Assembly (NCBI RefSeq): GCF_001447785.1
Contig: NW_015160330.1
Location: 66,671-130,670 of the forward strand
Source: Gekko japonicus
Lineage: Eukaryota
Direction of reading: 5' to 3'
Length of the DNA stretch: 64,000 nt
The notes below the pieces were generated by a model. The model made no database searches and was not told where the DNA came from. It was given only the letters and a program-made list of their open reading frames with translations. Position 1 is the first letter of the stretch. Each line of letters starts with the position of its first letter. Of this stretch, positions 25,645 through 37,450 are shown piece by piece. A program made the translations under genes and the position numbers.

Positions 25645-26070
25645 CAGGGGTCATTTCCTGCAGGAGCGTACGGGAGCGGAGCTCCGGCAGTAAAGAGCCC
25701 AGGGGGCGGGCACATGCAACAAGCCCCACCCCCTGCTCCCAGCAGCCCTCAGAGCAAGAAGCAGCCAGGTAAGCTGCAGAGCTCCCCCCGGCCCAAGACA
25801 GCCCACTGGCACCTTTAAGACCAGGTTTTATTCAGGTAAGACCAAGTTTTATTCAGGTACAAGCTCTCCCTCCTCTGTGAGGACAGATCTGCACATTCCC
25901 CCCCCCCAATAGCTAGCAATCCAAAACAGTCCAGTGGAGCCTGAGCAGTGGTGGGTGTTGCCTTCTGACACACTTCCGGTGATGCCAGGGGGTGTGGCAT
26001 ATGCAAATGAGTTATGCTAATGAGTTATGCTAATGAGCTCTGCACCTCTTTTTCTATGAAATGACCCCTG
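25645..26070. mobile_element. hAT-type MITE, family A, 8-bp TSD CTGACAAG
   Basis: TIRs CAGGGGTCATTTC / GAAATGACCCCTG, with ctgacaag on both sides. Confidence 0.85.
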
Positions 26071-26385
26071 CTGACAAGCATCCCCTTGGTCAGGAGAAGG
26101 AGCCTCCTGCTGCCCTTCCCTTGCCTAAGGGTCCCCGCTTGCGCATCCTGCTCTGACGCTTGGCCAGGTCTCGTCTCCAGGTCACTTGGGGGGGGGGCAG
26201 GGCTGATTCCACCTTTTCTAGGTGAGTTGCCGCAAGCACTTCCAGGCAGTTCCGGGAGCTGCAGCTCGCATGCAGGACCGCCATGCCGCTCCCCCTTCCC
26301 TCCTTCAGCATATCCATTTTTTTATTAACAATTTTCGTATTTATTTGTTCATTTATTTTAGATACCCAAAATATTATTAATGTGG

Positions 26386-26946
26386 CCCGGATTGCAAGAC
26401 TTGATCTAATGGGTGGAAATGACAAGGGAGTCGCTACCGGCTAAATATCAGGAGAAACTTCCTGACTGTAAGCGAGTGGCTGAGCAGTGGAACAGTCTGC
26501 CTCGGGAGGTGGTGGAGGCTCCTTCGCTGGACGTCTCCAGGCGGAGGCTGGACGGCCATCTTTCGGGTATGTTGTAGGTATGTAGGGCTCTCTTTCGGCT
26601 CTGCTCCTGCAGAGTGCAGGGGGTTGGACTAGATGACCTGCAAGGTCCCTTCCAACTCTAACATTCTATGATTCTATGAGGCTGGACGACCATCTTTCGG
26701 GTATGTTATAGGTATGTAGGGCTATCTTTTAGCTATGCTCCTGCAGAGTGCAGGGGGTTGGACTAGATGACCTGCAAGGTCCCTTCCAACTCTAACATTC
26801 TATGATTCTATGAGGCTAGACGACCATCTTTCGGGTATGTTGTAGGTTTGTAGGGCTGTCTTTCGGCTGTGCTCCTGCAGAGTGCAGAGGGTTGGACTAG
26901 ATGACCTGCAAGGTCCCTTCCAACTCTAACATTCTATGATTCTATG
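26386..26946 (+). mobile_element. CR1 3' fragment with triplicated 3' terminus
   Basis: Matches 20527-20805. The last ~133 bp, ending (ATTCTATG)2, occurs three times. Confidence 0.9.
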
Positions 26947-27254
26947 GCCCCATCACCAGAGACAAAAGTATCTCATCAGTGTAGAGTGATTTATAATGAC
27001 ACTGGTTCTGTAATCCCTCAAAATGTAAAGACCGCACAGAGAGTTCTCGGAACAGCCCATAGGAAACACAATAACAACTGGGCCCTGCTGCCTGGGTGCC
27101 GGTAGGCAGTCACCCCCTGTATATACTGTGACCCTAGATAGGAGAAGTAACTTACTATGTAAACCGCTCCGAGCCTGCGGGAATGGAGCTGTATAGAAGT
27201 CAAAAGTAATAAATAAATAAATAAATAAGGGGGAATTCCCTCTACACAGCCTTA

Positions 27255-27645
27255 TCATTCCAGAACGTTATGAACAGACTCAGAGCCCCAACGTTCTATG
27301 AACTTATCTGAAATATCACAAGGATTTCTTAATGTCCTTTGGCGATAAGTCAATTTGATAAGCAACACATTTCCCCAAAGGAAATTCACCCGGCCTCCTG
27401 AAGTTGGAGAACCTGGACTGTCCCACCTGGCAGCCAGGATTATTTCAGCCGCTGCAAGGAGGGTTAACAACACAGATTCCCAACCTGACAGAACAGCATA
27501 ACCTTTAAGGTAACCCAATAATATAACCTTTGGATCATGAGGTAAACTAATATTTAACGTATCGTTAATGAAGCGGACTACAAAATCCTCCAAATTCTGT
27601 ACTTTTGCACAGCTCCAAAAGATATGATTGCTCTCTTTAAGTATC
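27255..27645 (-). mobile_element. L1-clade ORF2 3'-end fragment
   Basis: HIFWSCAKVQ...LLAAAEIILAARW...KFIERW, resembling the L1 C-terminus. Confidence 0.6.
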
Positions 27646-27861
27646 CGAGGGGTTGTCACTTGGAGGAGGGCAGGGGAGAGGACTCGCAAGAATGGGTTTA
27701 AATTAAGGGCGGGAAGGTGCCGGCCGGATATTAGGAAAAACTTTTTTACAGTAAAGAGTTGTGCAATGGTGGGATCAGCTGCCTCGGGAGGTGGTGAGCT
27801 CCCCCTCCCTGGCAGTCTTTAAGCAGCGGCTGGACAAATACTCATCAGGGATGCTCTAGGC

Positions 27862-28682
27862 CAGGGGTGTCAAACATGCGGTCCGGGGGCCGGATCAGGC
27901 CCCCGGAGGGCTTCCATCAGGCCCACAGTGGAACTGGCTGGCTTCTGCTTCTTCTTCCAGTTCTGCTGCTGCTGCTGCGTCATCGTAGGTTTGCAGCTTT
28001 ACAGATACACACCTGAACAGCATACTCAAGATTGCAACTGCACAGACATTTTGATGCAATCATTCAGAGCAAGAGGTGTCCGTTATCAGACACTGTTAAA
28101 TAAACAAAATATTGCAAGAGTGCTGATGTTTTAAGCATGTTTTTTATTTGAAGTTTTAAAAACCTTTGTGTTTGTGTCCTTTGTAAAGTTTATATCTCCG
28201 CTCCCTGGCATTACATTTTATGACACGCCCGGCCTGGCCCAACAAGGTCTCATCTATGTCAGATTCAGCCCTCATAAGAAATTAGTTCGACACGATGTCA
28301 GTTAACACTGCCATTCCCTGGAATCTGTGGGGGGAAGATCCTCCTCTCCTCTGCCTGGTACTCTAACGATGTCTCCTGTCTGGGTTGTTATCTGCTTTTG
28401 CTTTCCTGACCTTGGGGCTCCAGCTGCTCCTGACCTGCTGGGAACAAACGGCTCCTATTTTGCCCACTTTCTTTTCTCCCGCATGCGCTGCACAATGCTT
28501 ATTGGCTTCTGCTTCTAATGGGGGGTGTTTTGAAACTAGTATAACTCCGGGTGCCCTGCTGCTTTGGGCCATTCCTGACAAAAGACGTTCACGTGTCATC
28601 GTTATGAACGACCAATAAACAGAATACTTCTTATGAAGCGCTGTGTGGTGTGAACTGACTATCGAACCCTGACACACCCCTG
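27862..28682. mobile_element. hAT-type MITE, family C, TSD CTCTAGGC, inserted in a CR1 3' end and itself interrupted
   Basis: CAGGGGTGTC...CACCCCTG termini with ctctaggc on both flanks. CR1 tail sequence resumes at 28683. Confidence 0.8.
28296..28674 (+). mobile_element. Solo-LTR-like insert
   Basis: TGTCAG...CTGACA termini, TATAA at ~28540, AATAAA at ~28614. TSD unclear. Confidence 0.55.
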
Positions 28683-28757
28683 CTCTAGGCTGGCCCTGCA
28701 TTGAACAGGGGGTTGGACTAGATGGCCTGTAGGGCTCCTTCCAACTCTATGGGTTTC

Positions 28758-29131
28758 TGTCAGGACCCACAGCTAAGCGACAAAGTACACGCTTCCAGGA
28801 AGGTTTTACTTTTATTGAAAAGCCATAGATGCGATAACACAAACACTGTCAGGAATGGAGGGATATCTGTGCGCATAATAGGATATAGGGCATTCGTATG
28901 TGCCCCCCCCCAGCAATCACCAATTAGGTGTGCTCCCGCGCACGGGATACTGCTGGACTCTCTAACGGTTGCGAAGCTGGGAACGGAGAAGCTCCCACGG
29001 ACGATAGACACCACATTCTCCACCAGTACAACATCAGAGATAAGCATTACAGCTCTGAAGCAATTAAGCGCATGGGAAGGAATGCAAGGCAATTAGAAAA
29101 CATCTCCACACTCATGGCAGCATAGCTGACA
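28758..29131 (-). mobile_element. Solo LTR with 5-bp TSD GTTTC
   Basis: TGTCAG...CTGACA termini, gtttc on both flanks, and AATAAA on the minus strand at ~28812. Confidence 0.75.
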
Positions 29132-29171
29132 GTTTCTAGGATTCTGTATGGCCCTGACCTGGAGAGCCCAG

Positions 29172-29216
29172 GAGGGCCTGATCTCGTCAGATCTCGGAAG
29201 TTAAGCAGGGCCAGCC
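29172..29216 (+). mobile_element. 5S rRNA-derived SINE head fragment
   Basis: gcctgatctcgtcagatctcggaagttaagcaggg matches the 5S segment GCCCGATCTCGTCTGATCTCGGAAGCTAAGCAGGG. The rest of 5S is absent. Confidence 0.7.
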
Positions 29217-30452
29217 ACATCAACGGCTTCAGCTTCTTTAATGGCAATCAGTGATGCGCTTTGGCCCCCTGCAAGTACCAAGGGCAGTGCTTCGCCTTCA
29301 TCATGCCGCTTTAGCAGGTCCAAAGACATCAATGTCCCTCCCAGTTCCAAGGCAAGCGCTGGGGCCATAAGAGCTTCCTTTTATTTTATTTATTTATTTA
29401 TTTATTTATTTCAGTTTATATACCACTCTGACCCGAAGGTCTCAGAGCAGTTTACAGGCAGGTTTCAAGTGCAAGTTTCAAGTCCCTTACTAAGGCCACA
29501 TGGTATAGGGGTGGGGGCTGCCTACCGGCACCCAAGTGGGGGTAGCTATTCTTCGGCTCCGGCTCCAGTTTCTCTGGCGGTCCAGTTTGGGGTCGGCATT
29601 TCTCTGGTGTCAGAGAGTCAATGGTGGTGGGGGGAGCTCAGCCCGGTCTAAGGCTACAGAGTCCGCCCTCCAACAGCCATTTCCTTCAGGGGAGCAGATC
29701 TCTCTCGTCTGGAGTTCAGTTGCAATTCCAGGCGATCTCCAGGCCCCACCTGGAGAGTGGCAACCAGTGCTCCTTCTAAGCAGAGTGAGTGTGAGCTGGC
29801 TCACCATTTTTTAGCCTCCAGCTCACACATTTTTGTCTTCGCTCAGGAAGGATGGCTCCAGAGCAGAGCGGTGGCACAGAGGATTTATCCTCTGGTTACA
29901 GTAACATCTGAACTGAACAGAACTGCAGTCAGTTCTAGCCCGTGCTGGTGTGAGCTACCAGCCTTGTCCCCAGCTCGCCGTCCACCCAGCGGCTCGAAAG
30001 CTTCGGCAAGTAGATAAAATGGGTACCATTCCTTAGAGAGGGTGGGCACACTAACCCCCCCCCCGGTGGGGGTAGGTGTTAGCCGGCGAAACGAAATGTC
30101 CAGCTCGTAAGCTCGTAAGCCTGGAAAGATCTCTTCGGCATTAAGAAGCCTGCGATGGGCCAATCCGGCCAGGCCGTGGCTGTGCGACGTTGCGACTCGA
30201 AGCAGTCCTGGAAAAACTGACGTCATCAAGCCAAGCCAAGTGAATGCCGTCTGGAACACGTCTAAGTCTACAGCTGAACAAAAAAACCCCGTCGGCTGCA
30301 AACGTGTGCGACTTAAAAAAAAGATTTATATGTTGTCCTCCCTTACCCCCTACGAATCATTGTTAGTCCCTTGTTAATATGTGTAACTGTAAATCGCTCA
30401 GAGCCAGCAGCTCTGCAGGATTGAGCGTTTAATAAATTGAAAGATGTTGTTG

Positions 30453-30497
<45 letters not shown>

Positions 30498-31187
30498 CAG
30501 TAGCCAAATTGCTCACTCACAACTTCAATGCCAGTAGCTCACAAAGCAGAATTTTTGCTCATGAGATTCTGCAGCTTAGAGGGAACATTGCAACCCTGGG
30601 ATACTTGTGGGCGGGGGGGGGAGTGGTGGAGGTGGACATATTTGTGGCCTGGATATATTCCTGGGACCTGTCTGGAACTCCCTGAGGCAACCAAACAATA
30701 ATTTAGTTAATGATTTTTAAAGCTGTACAGAACATTAACTGCCTGAGTACCTCTGTGACACATCCTTGTCCCCCCCCCCTCCAGTGTCCAAAAGCAGGCT
30801 GTTTCTCCTTGTGACGTTCCCTGCGGGGTCTTATGGCGGGGGGGGGCGTTATTGGGGAGTCTTCTGGGTCAGGAACAAAAGCTAATGGGGGGGGGGGAGA
30901 TGAGATTCCATTTTTCAGCGAAAGAGAGACCAGCAGTGAGAAGACGTTTAGCCAATTTATTTTATTTATTTATTTTTTAAAAAAATCAGACTTGGCCTCT
31001 GTGTTGGTAGAAGTTTATGGGCCCTTCTGGTTCTGAAGATGATTGCTGAAAACCAATTTCCGACGAGTGAATTTGAGATTCTGTTGCCAAAGATCATCAC
31101 TTAAACCTCAGATCTTAAAGACATGTGGACTCCCCCCCCCCAGATCGGTCCTCTACAACAGGCCACAAAACCACTTATTCTGTAATG

Positions 31188-31637
31188 CAGGGGTGTCGAA
31201 CTCATTTGTTATGAGGGCCGGATCTGACATGAATCAGACCTTGTTGGGCCGTGCCGTGCGTGTCATAAAATGTAATGCCAGGTAGCGGAGTTCTAAACTT
31301 TATAAAGGACACAGACACAAAAGTGTTGGTTTTTTAACTTAAAATAAAAACATGCTTAAAACATCAGCCCTCTTGCAATATTTTCTTTATTGAACCATGT
31401 CTGATAACGGACACCTCTTGCTCTGAATTATTGCATCAAAATGTCTGTGCAGTTGCAATCCTGAGTATGCTGTTCAGCTGTGTGTATCTGTCAGCTGCAA
31501 ACCTACGATGACGCAGCAGCAGCAGCAGAACTGGAAGAAGAAGCAGAAGCCAGCCAGTTCCACTGCGGGCCTGATGGAAGCCCTCCGCGGGGGGGGGGTG
31601 CTGATCCGGCCCCCGGGCCGCATGTTTGACACCCCTG
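31188..31637. mobile_element. hAT-type MITE, family C, TSD ctgtaatg/ctgcaatg
   Basis: TIRs CAGGGGTGTCGAAC / GTTTGACACCCCTG. Reverse complement of 27862-28293. Confidence 0.85.
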
Positions 31638-31701
31638 CTGCAATGTCTTTTCTTTTCTCTCCTCAGGAGCCCAAGGCCTACCAAGATCCACATCTCCCCC
31701 G

Positions 31702-32652
31702 ATGGCTCTCAACCGCAGCAGCTTCGAACCCATCACCTTTGTCCTGACCGGCATCCCAGGCATGGAGGAGTCCCACATCTGGATCTCTGTCCCTTTCTGC
31801 CTGATGTACGTCCTGGCGCTGACGGGGAATATCTTCTTCCTGTTCCTCATTGCCACAGACCACACCCTCCGGCAGCCCATGTGCCTCTTCCTAGCGATGC
31901 TCTCGGTGGCCGACCTCACCTTGTCCACCGTCACGGTGCCCGAGATGCTGGCCATCTTCTGGTTTGGATCCAGGAAGGTCTCCTTCGACGGCTGCATCGC
32001 CCAGATGTTCTTCACCCACTTCAGCTTCATCGCGGAGTCAACAATCCTGCTGGCCATGGCCTTTGACCGCTACGTCGCCATCTGCGACCCGCTGCGCTAC
32101 ATGATGATCATGACGCCCTCCGTGATCGGGAAGGTGGCCGTGGCGGTGCTGCTGAGAGGGGCGTGCATCATGTTCCCAACCATCTTCCTCCTCAAGAGGC
32201 TGCCCTACTGCGGCCACAGCACCATGCGCCACACCTACTGCGAGCACATGGGCATCGCTCGGCTGGCCTGCGCGGACATCACTGTCAACGTCTGGTACGG
32301 ATTCACCACCACCCTCCTGTCCTCCGGGCTGGATGTGTTGCTCATTGCCCTTTCCTACGCGGTCATCCTCCGAGCCGTCTTCCGGCTCCCCTCCAAGGAG
32401 GCTCGTCTCAAGGCTCTCCGCACCTGCGGCTCCCACCTGGGCGTCATCTTGATGTTCTACTTGCCCGCCTTCTTCTCCTTCCTCACCCACCGCTTTGTCC
32501 ACAACGTTCCTAGCTGCATCCACATCCTGCTGGCCAACTTCTACGTCATTGTGCCCCCTATGCTCAACCCCATTGTCTATGGGGTGAGAACAAGGCAGAT
32601 TCGGGAGAGAGTCCTTCATATGTTCTCAAAGGTGCGGGGGACGTGCCGCTAA
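31702..32652 (+). CDS. Class I olfactory receptor, OR52-like, intact (316 aa)
   Basis: NRS sequon, [43 protein letters not shown] polypyrimidine tract plus CAG acceptor lies at ~31646-31666, upstream of the ATG. Confidence 0.95.
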   Translation: MALNRSSFEPITFVLTGIPGMEESHIWISVPFCLMYVLALTGNIFFLFLIATDHTLRQPMCLFLAMLSVADLTLSTVTVPEMLAIFWFGSRKVSFDGCIAQMFFTHFSFIAESTILLAMAFDRYVAICDPLRYMMIMTPSVIGKVAVAVLLRGACIMFPTIFLLKRLPYCGHSTMRHTYCEHMGIARLACADITVNVWYGFTTTLLSSGLDVLLIALSYAVILRAVFRLPSKEARLKALRTCGSHLGVILMFYLPAFFSFLTHRFVHNVPSCIHILLANFYVIVPPMLNPIVYGVRTRQIRERVLHMFSKVRGTCR

Positions 32653-32957
32653 GAGACGGTGGCACCCTCACTGGGGGGGGAAATCCTTCTTCTAAAGAGG
32701 AAGAAGATGGACTCCTGGGGACTGCGTGCTGGAATCACGGCTTTTCCCTTCCACTCCTCCAGGGCTGCCTGGAGAACTGTTTTTGTGTCCGTGAGGCTCC
32801 TGGGAGCAAGGACCTCTGAGCAGGCGTCTCCCTCCCGGCCAACACCCCCACCCCCCACCCAGCAGTGCTGGGAAAGTGCACTGTCTACGAACGGTCATGC
32901 TGCTGGCTCTGCTGGCACACTGGCTGTTCCTCTTGATGTGGCCAGGGTTCTGTGGCA

Positions 32958-33500
32958 CGCCACCTTTTCCCCACTCCTCGCAGCCACCGTTCCCCCACTC
33001 CTCGCATCCACCGTTTCCCCACTCATCGCAGTCACCATTTCCCCACTCCTCGCAGCCACCGTTTCCCCACTCCTCGCAGCCACCATTTCCCCACTCCTTA
33101 CAGCCACCGTTTCCCCACTCCTCAGAGCCACCATTTCCCCACTCCTCGCAGCCACCGTTTCCCCACTCCTCGCAGCCACCGTTTCCTCACTCCTCACACT
33201 CACCGTTTACNNNNNNNNNNNNNNNNNNNNNNNNNNNNNNNNNNNNNNNNNNNNNNNNNNNNNCCACCGTTTCCCCACTCCTCAGAGCCACCATTTCCCC
33301 ACTCCTCGCAGCCACCGTTTCCCCACTCCTCGCAGCCACCATTTCCTCACTCCTCACAGCCACCGTTTCCCCACTCCTCGCAGCCACCGTTTCCCCACTC
33401 CTTACAGCCACCGTTTCCCCATTCCTCAGAGCCACCATTTCCCCACTCCTCAGAGCCACCATTTCCCCACTCCTCGCAGCCACCGTTTCCCCACTCCTTA
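32958..33500. repeat. 24-bp minisatellite
   Basis: Unit ccaccgtttccccactcctcgcag and variants, spanning a gap. Confidence 0.95.
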
Positions 33501-34916
33501 AGTTAGCCTTATACTGCTAGGTGACCTGCTAAGTTGTCAGCTACGTGCTTCTCTGCTGAGGCAATCATTAAACATCCTGGAGGCCTGTTCCCACCTTGAC
33601 ATCCATGGACTCCACTATGCGCAACCCACAAGCATTTCTAAATGTCTGCATTGCAATGCTCGTGAATGGGTGGGGGAAGGGGGGGGAGTATCTCTTGGGA
33701 GGGTAGGAACAGCCGTCTCCATGGTCTCACCTCTTGTGTGTGAGGATGACAAAAGGCCTCACCCCGAGTCCACTGTGGAGGTGGGACAGTGGATACCTGG
33801 GCCATTCCCGGGGAATGCTTGCTCTGGCTTCTAAGGCTCACATGACAGTCTCCCTGTGCCTGAATTCCACAGCCTTGCAAGTCACTGGAGAGGAGTCCCA
33901 GGCATCTGCAGGACACCATGAAAGGTTTTTTCTTCAGACTGCAACTCTTTTTCTGACCCCAGGCTCAGGTCCCACTGGCAGTTACACCCCCACCCCACCC
34001 CCACACACGCACGCACACACACACACATTCTTCTTCCCTCTGCAAAGGTCAGTTGCTCCTTTCCCTNNNNNNNNNNNNNNNNNNNNNNNNNNNNNNNNNN
34101 NNNNNNNNNNNNNNNNNNNNNNNNNNNNNNNNNNNNNNNNNNNNNNNNNNNNNNNNNNNNNNNNNNNNNNNNNNNNNNNNNNNNNNNNNNNNNNNNNNNN
34201 NNNNNNNNNNNNNNNNNNNNCCCTATGCTTGTCTGACCGTTCTTTGGAGAAGATTCATTTAAACCAGTGAGGAGGCGCAATGACAGTGGAGCCGCCACGA
34301 GAGGGCGATAAACATATGCAGACATGCAACAGGATGCTAGCTCTGTTGAGGTGTGAAAACGAAACCAAATGTAGACAGGTTTTTTGAAGATGGACTCAGA
34401 AGACTGAGACACCGGTGGAAAAGACAAATGCAGATTCGACCACAGGAAACTTGCGTGGCGGGGAGGAGCGTTGTAGCCACCCCTGGTGTCTCTACGCAGG
34501 GACTTTTTTTTTCACTCGGAGGGTCGTGCAGTCATGCGATTCTCCCCCCCCCCTTGCAGGTTTATCATTTCCATGGAAATGATGCATTGGACTGAATTTG
34601 AGGAGAGCAAGCGCAAGATCGGGACGGTGGGAAATGCCCCAGCTGCAGCCTGGTAACAGCGACCCCACGCATTGCTGTTGATCGAGGGATGGCTCACAGA
34701 AGAACCTGTGGACAGAGCGCACTGAAAAGCAGCCTTTTTTATTTAGGCTGTGCCCTGACTCTTTATTTATTTATTTGGGTACCTGTGGACTCAGAGCCGC
34801 TTACGCTGTGAGGAAACCGTGACTGCATAACTACCGTCAAACACAACTCATCTACCTGTCATCAACAAACTGATCCAGAGGGGAGGGGAGGGGAGGGGAG
34901 TAGGCCATGGTTCATT

Positions 34917-35092
34917 GGGGGGGGCATGGCTCAGTAGAAGAGCTTCTGCTGGGCATGCAGAAGACCCCCCCCCCCGGTTCAGTCCCTGGCATCCCCATCT
35001 ATCAGGGCCAGGCAGGAGGTGATGCACAAGACCCTTCTCAACCGGAGACACCCTGGAGAGCGGAAGCCAGTCTGAGTAGGCAAGACTGACCT
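34917..35092 (+). mobile_element. tRNA-derived SINE (related copies at ~16660-16770 and ~57628-57750)
   Basis: tggctcagtagaagagc...ggcatgcagaag...ggttcagtccctggcatc tRNA-like head with A/B boxes. Confidence 0.6.
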
Positions 35093-36129
35093 GGGTGGCG
35101 GGGGGGGGGTGTCTGATTCAGCAGAAGTCCACTTCGCGTGTGTCCCTGTGAGCTGGTAGCGTACCCCCACCCCGACCCCGACCCCGCATGGTCTCACAAT
35201 TATCAAGGAAGATTTTCAATGTTCATAACAGCTGTAATGTGTAGTAGAACCTGCCATGGGCTAAGATGATTGTAATGCATCCTTGATAATTGATAATTGT
35301 GAGATGTCACCAGAGGATATGAATCTCTGAGAGACATTTTTTGTCCCACATCTTTGTTCAGAAGAAGATCTTCCTTCGAAACGGCAAGACATTCCGGAGA
35401 TCACCGTCAATATATTTTTCTATGATTATGTATATTATTTTTGTTTACTTTTCTATGATTCTTTAAAGACATATATTAAGCGTCACTTACCCACTGACTA
35501 CTGCCTCGAGTGAAGGTCTTCTGCACGTGTGACTCTGTTTTGAAGAGAAGGTCGGCTCAAGCCGGAGCTGAGTGTGATCTAGGAATGAGACATCGATGCT
35601 CATTCGCTTGTGCTATGCAGTCCCAAAGAGGTTTGCTTAGTATATGCTTAATATATTGCTTAATATCGTGAATTATCGTAAATTATCTAGGACTGTGGCC
35701 TAAATCCTATCAGTATTACTTCTGGAGCCTTTGCAGGCCCCAGGCTTGGAGGTTTGGGGCCGTTTTGCTCTCTCCAGGGCGATTCCGGTCCTGAATAACG
35801 TTGAGGGCCTCACTGTGCCACGCCTGAGATCTCAAGGGCTCCGAGGTGGACCAGTGGCCAGAATGTCCCTGATTCTGACCTCGTCTCTAAGCATCTCCCG
35901 GTGGGAGGTGGTGTGAGACCCTGGAGAGCAGCTGCCAGTCTGAGTAGACAATATTGGCCTTTAGAGACGATGGTCTGACCATTGCTTTTATAATCAACAA
36001 AGTCTTTTCCAAGTCTGTGGAGATAATGCAATGAGTGGTGGAGAATGACTATGGGATTATCCTTTTTGGCAGAAAACTATGGTAACTGTTCTGGTTAGAT
36101 AATGACCACATCACCTGGATTATCTTAAC

Positions 36130-36330
36130 TGTTCTGGTTGATCACAAGCTAAACATGAGTCTGCAGAGCGATGTGGCTGCGAAGAAAGCGAATGCAATCC
36201 TAGGATGCATGAACAGAACCATCGTGTCCAAATCATGGGAGGTGGTCCTTCCGCTCTATTCTGCTATGGTCAGGCCTCACCTGGAGTACCATGTCCAGTT
36301 TTGGGCACCACATTTGAGGAAGGATGTTAT
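36130..36330 (+). mobile_element. CR1 ORF2 fragment
   Basis: [12 protein letters not shown]...RPHLEYHVQFWAPH. Confidence 0.85.
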
Positions 36331-36469
36331 ATATATCCTAAAACTATCCTAAAAAGGAGAGAATTTTATTGCTTTAAAATTTTCAGAAAGGGGGAAGGTA
36401 TACAGCAGGATTAAGAAAAGTGGGTTAGGGTTAGGGTTAGAGTTAGGGTAATGGAGGCTGATATGCAAA

Positions 36470-37450
36470 TGTTGCCGCCACGGCAGACGTCTCACCCAGG
36501 AGGGGCCTCCTCCGACGTGGGTCCTCCCCCCCTGGCGCCAGGGGGGCGGAGAAAGGGGCGGGGCGCCACCTCCAGCCTCCTCTTGCCCAGACGCGCCGCA
36601 TCCTCCTCCTCCTCCTCCCCATTGGGAGCTGCACATTCTAGGGCGCAGCGGAGGAGGGCAGCCCGGGCAAAGAGGCTCCTCCTGGTGTGTGTGTGGGGGG
36701 CTTTCCCTCTGCAGCACTGAAGGGGTTAAGCCCCGTGAGAGTTCGCGGCCGAGCGAGGAATGGGGGGGGGGGGCTGCGGGGGGGGAGGGGGAGGAGGCAC
36801 CACGGGGGGCAGCCGAGNNNNNNNNNNNNNNNNNNNNNNNNNNNNNNNNNNNNNNNNNNNNNNNNNNNNNNNNNNNNNNNNNNNNNNNNNNNNNNNNNNN
36901 NNNNNNNNNNNNNNNNNNNNNNNNNNNNNNNNNNNNNNNNNNNNNNNNNNNNNNNNNNNNNNNNNNNNNNNNNNNNNNNNNNNNNNNNNNNNNNNNNNNN
37001 NNNNNNNNNNNNNNNNNNNNNNNNNNNNNNNNNNNNNNNNNNNNNNNNNNNNNNNNNNNNNNNNNNNNNNNNNNNNNNNNNNNNNNNNNNNNNNNNNNNN
37101 NNNNNNNNNNNNNNNNNNNNNNNNNNNNNNNNNNNNNNNNNNNNNNNNNNNNNNNNNNNNNNNNNNNNNNNNNNNNNNNNNNNNNNNNNNNNNNNNNNNN
37201 NNNNNNNNNNNNNNNNNNNNNNNNNNNNNNNNNNNNNNNNNNNNNNNNNNNNCCCCGGCCCCTCTTCCCCCCCCCCCCCCGCAGCAGCAGCAGCAGCAGC
37301 AGCCCTTGGGAGGATGGGGGGGAGGGGGTCTCACTCACTGGGCACCCAGAGTGGTCCGGAGGGCCGGGCCGAGGCTTGTTCCCTCCCCCCCCCAGAGAGG
37401 CTGGGCGCTGGGAAAGGGTCCCCCGGTCAGGGGGGGAGGTGGACCAGGGA
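36470..37450 (+). promoter_or_regulatory. GC/CpG-rich putative promoter region of SCAN copy 1
   Basis: CpG-dense, with GC box GGGGCGGGGC at ~36555 and a gap inside. The paralogous GC-rich flank is at ~50496. Confidence 0.45.

Noticed and set aside
34300-34440. Possible mariner transposase C-terminus (FFEDGLRRLRHRW)
   Set aside because: Too short and degenerate, with no TIR or DDD motif seen.
34917-34995. tRNA gene candidates at SINE heads
   Set aside because: Cloverleaf stems are broken and the sequences continue into SINE bodies.
35355-35395. Hammerhead-like motif (cagaaga...cgaaac), and a similar one at ~25545
   Set aside because: The core deviates from CUGANGA and the stems could not be established. 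At most a decayed Penelope terminus.
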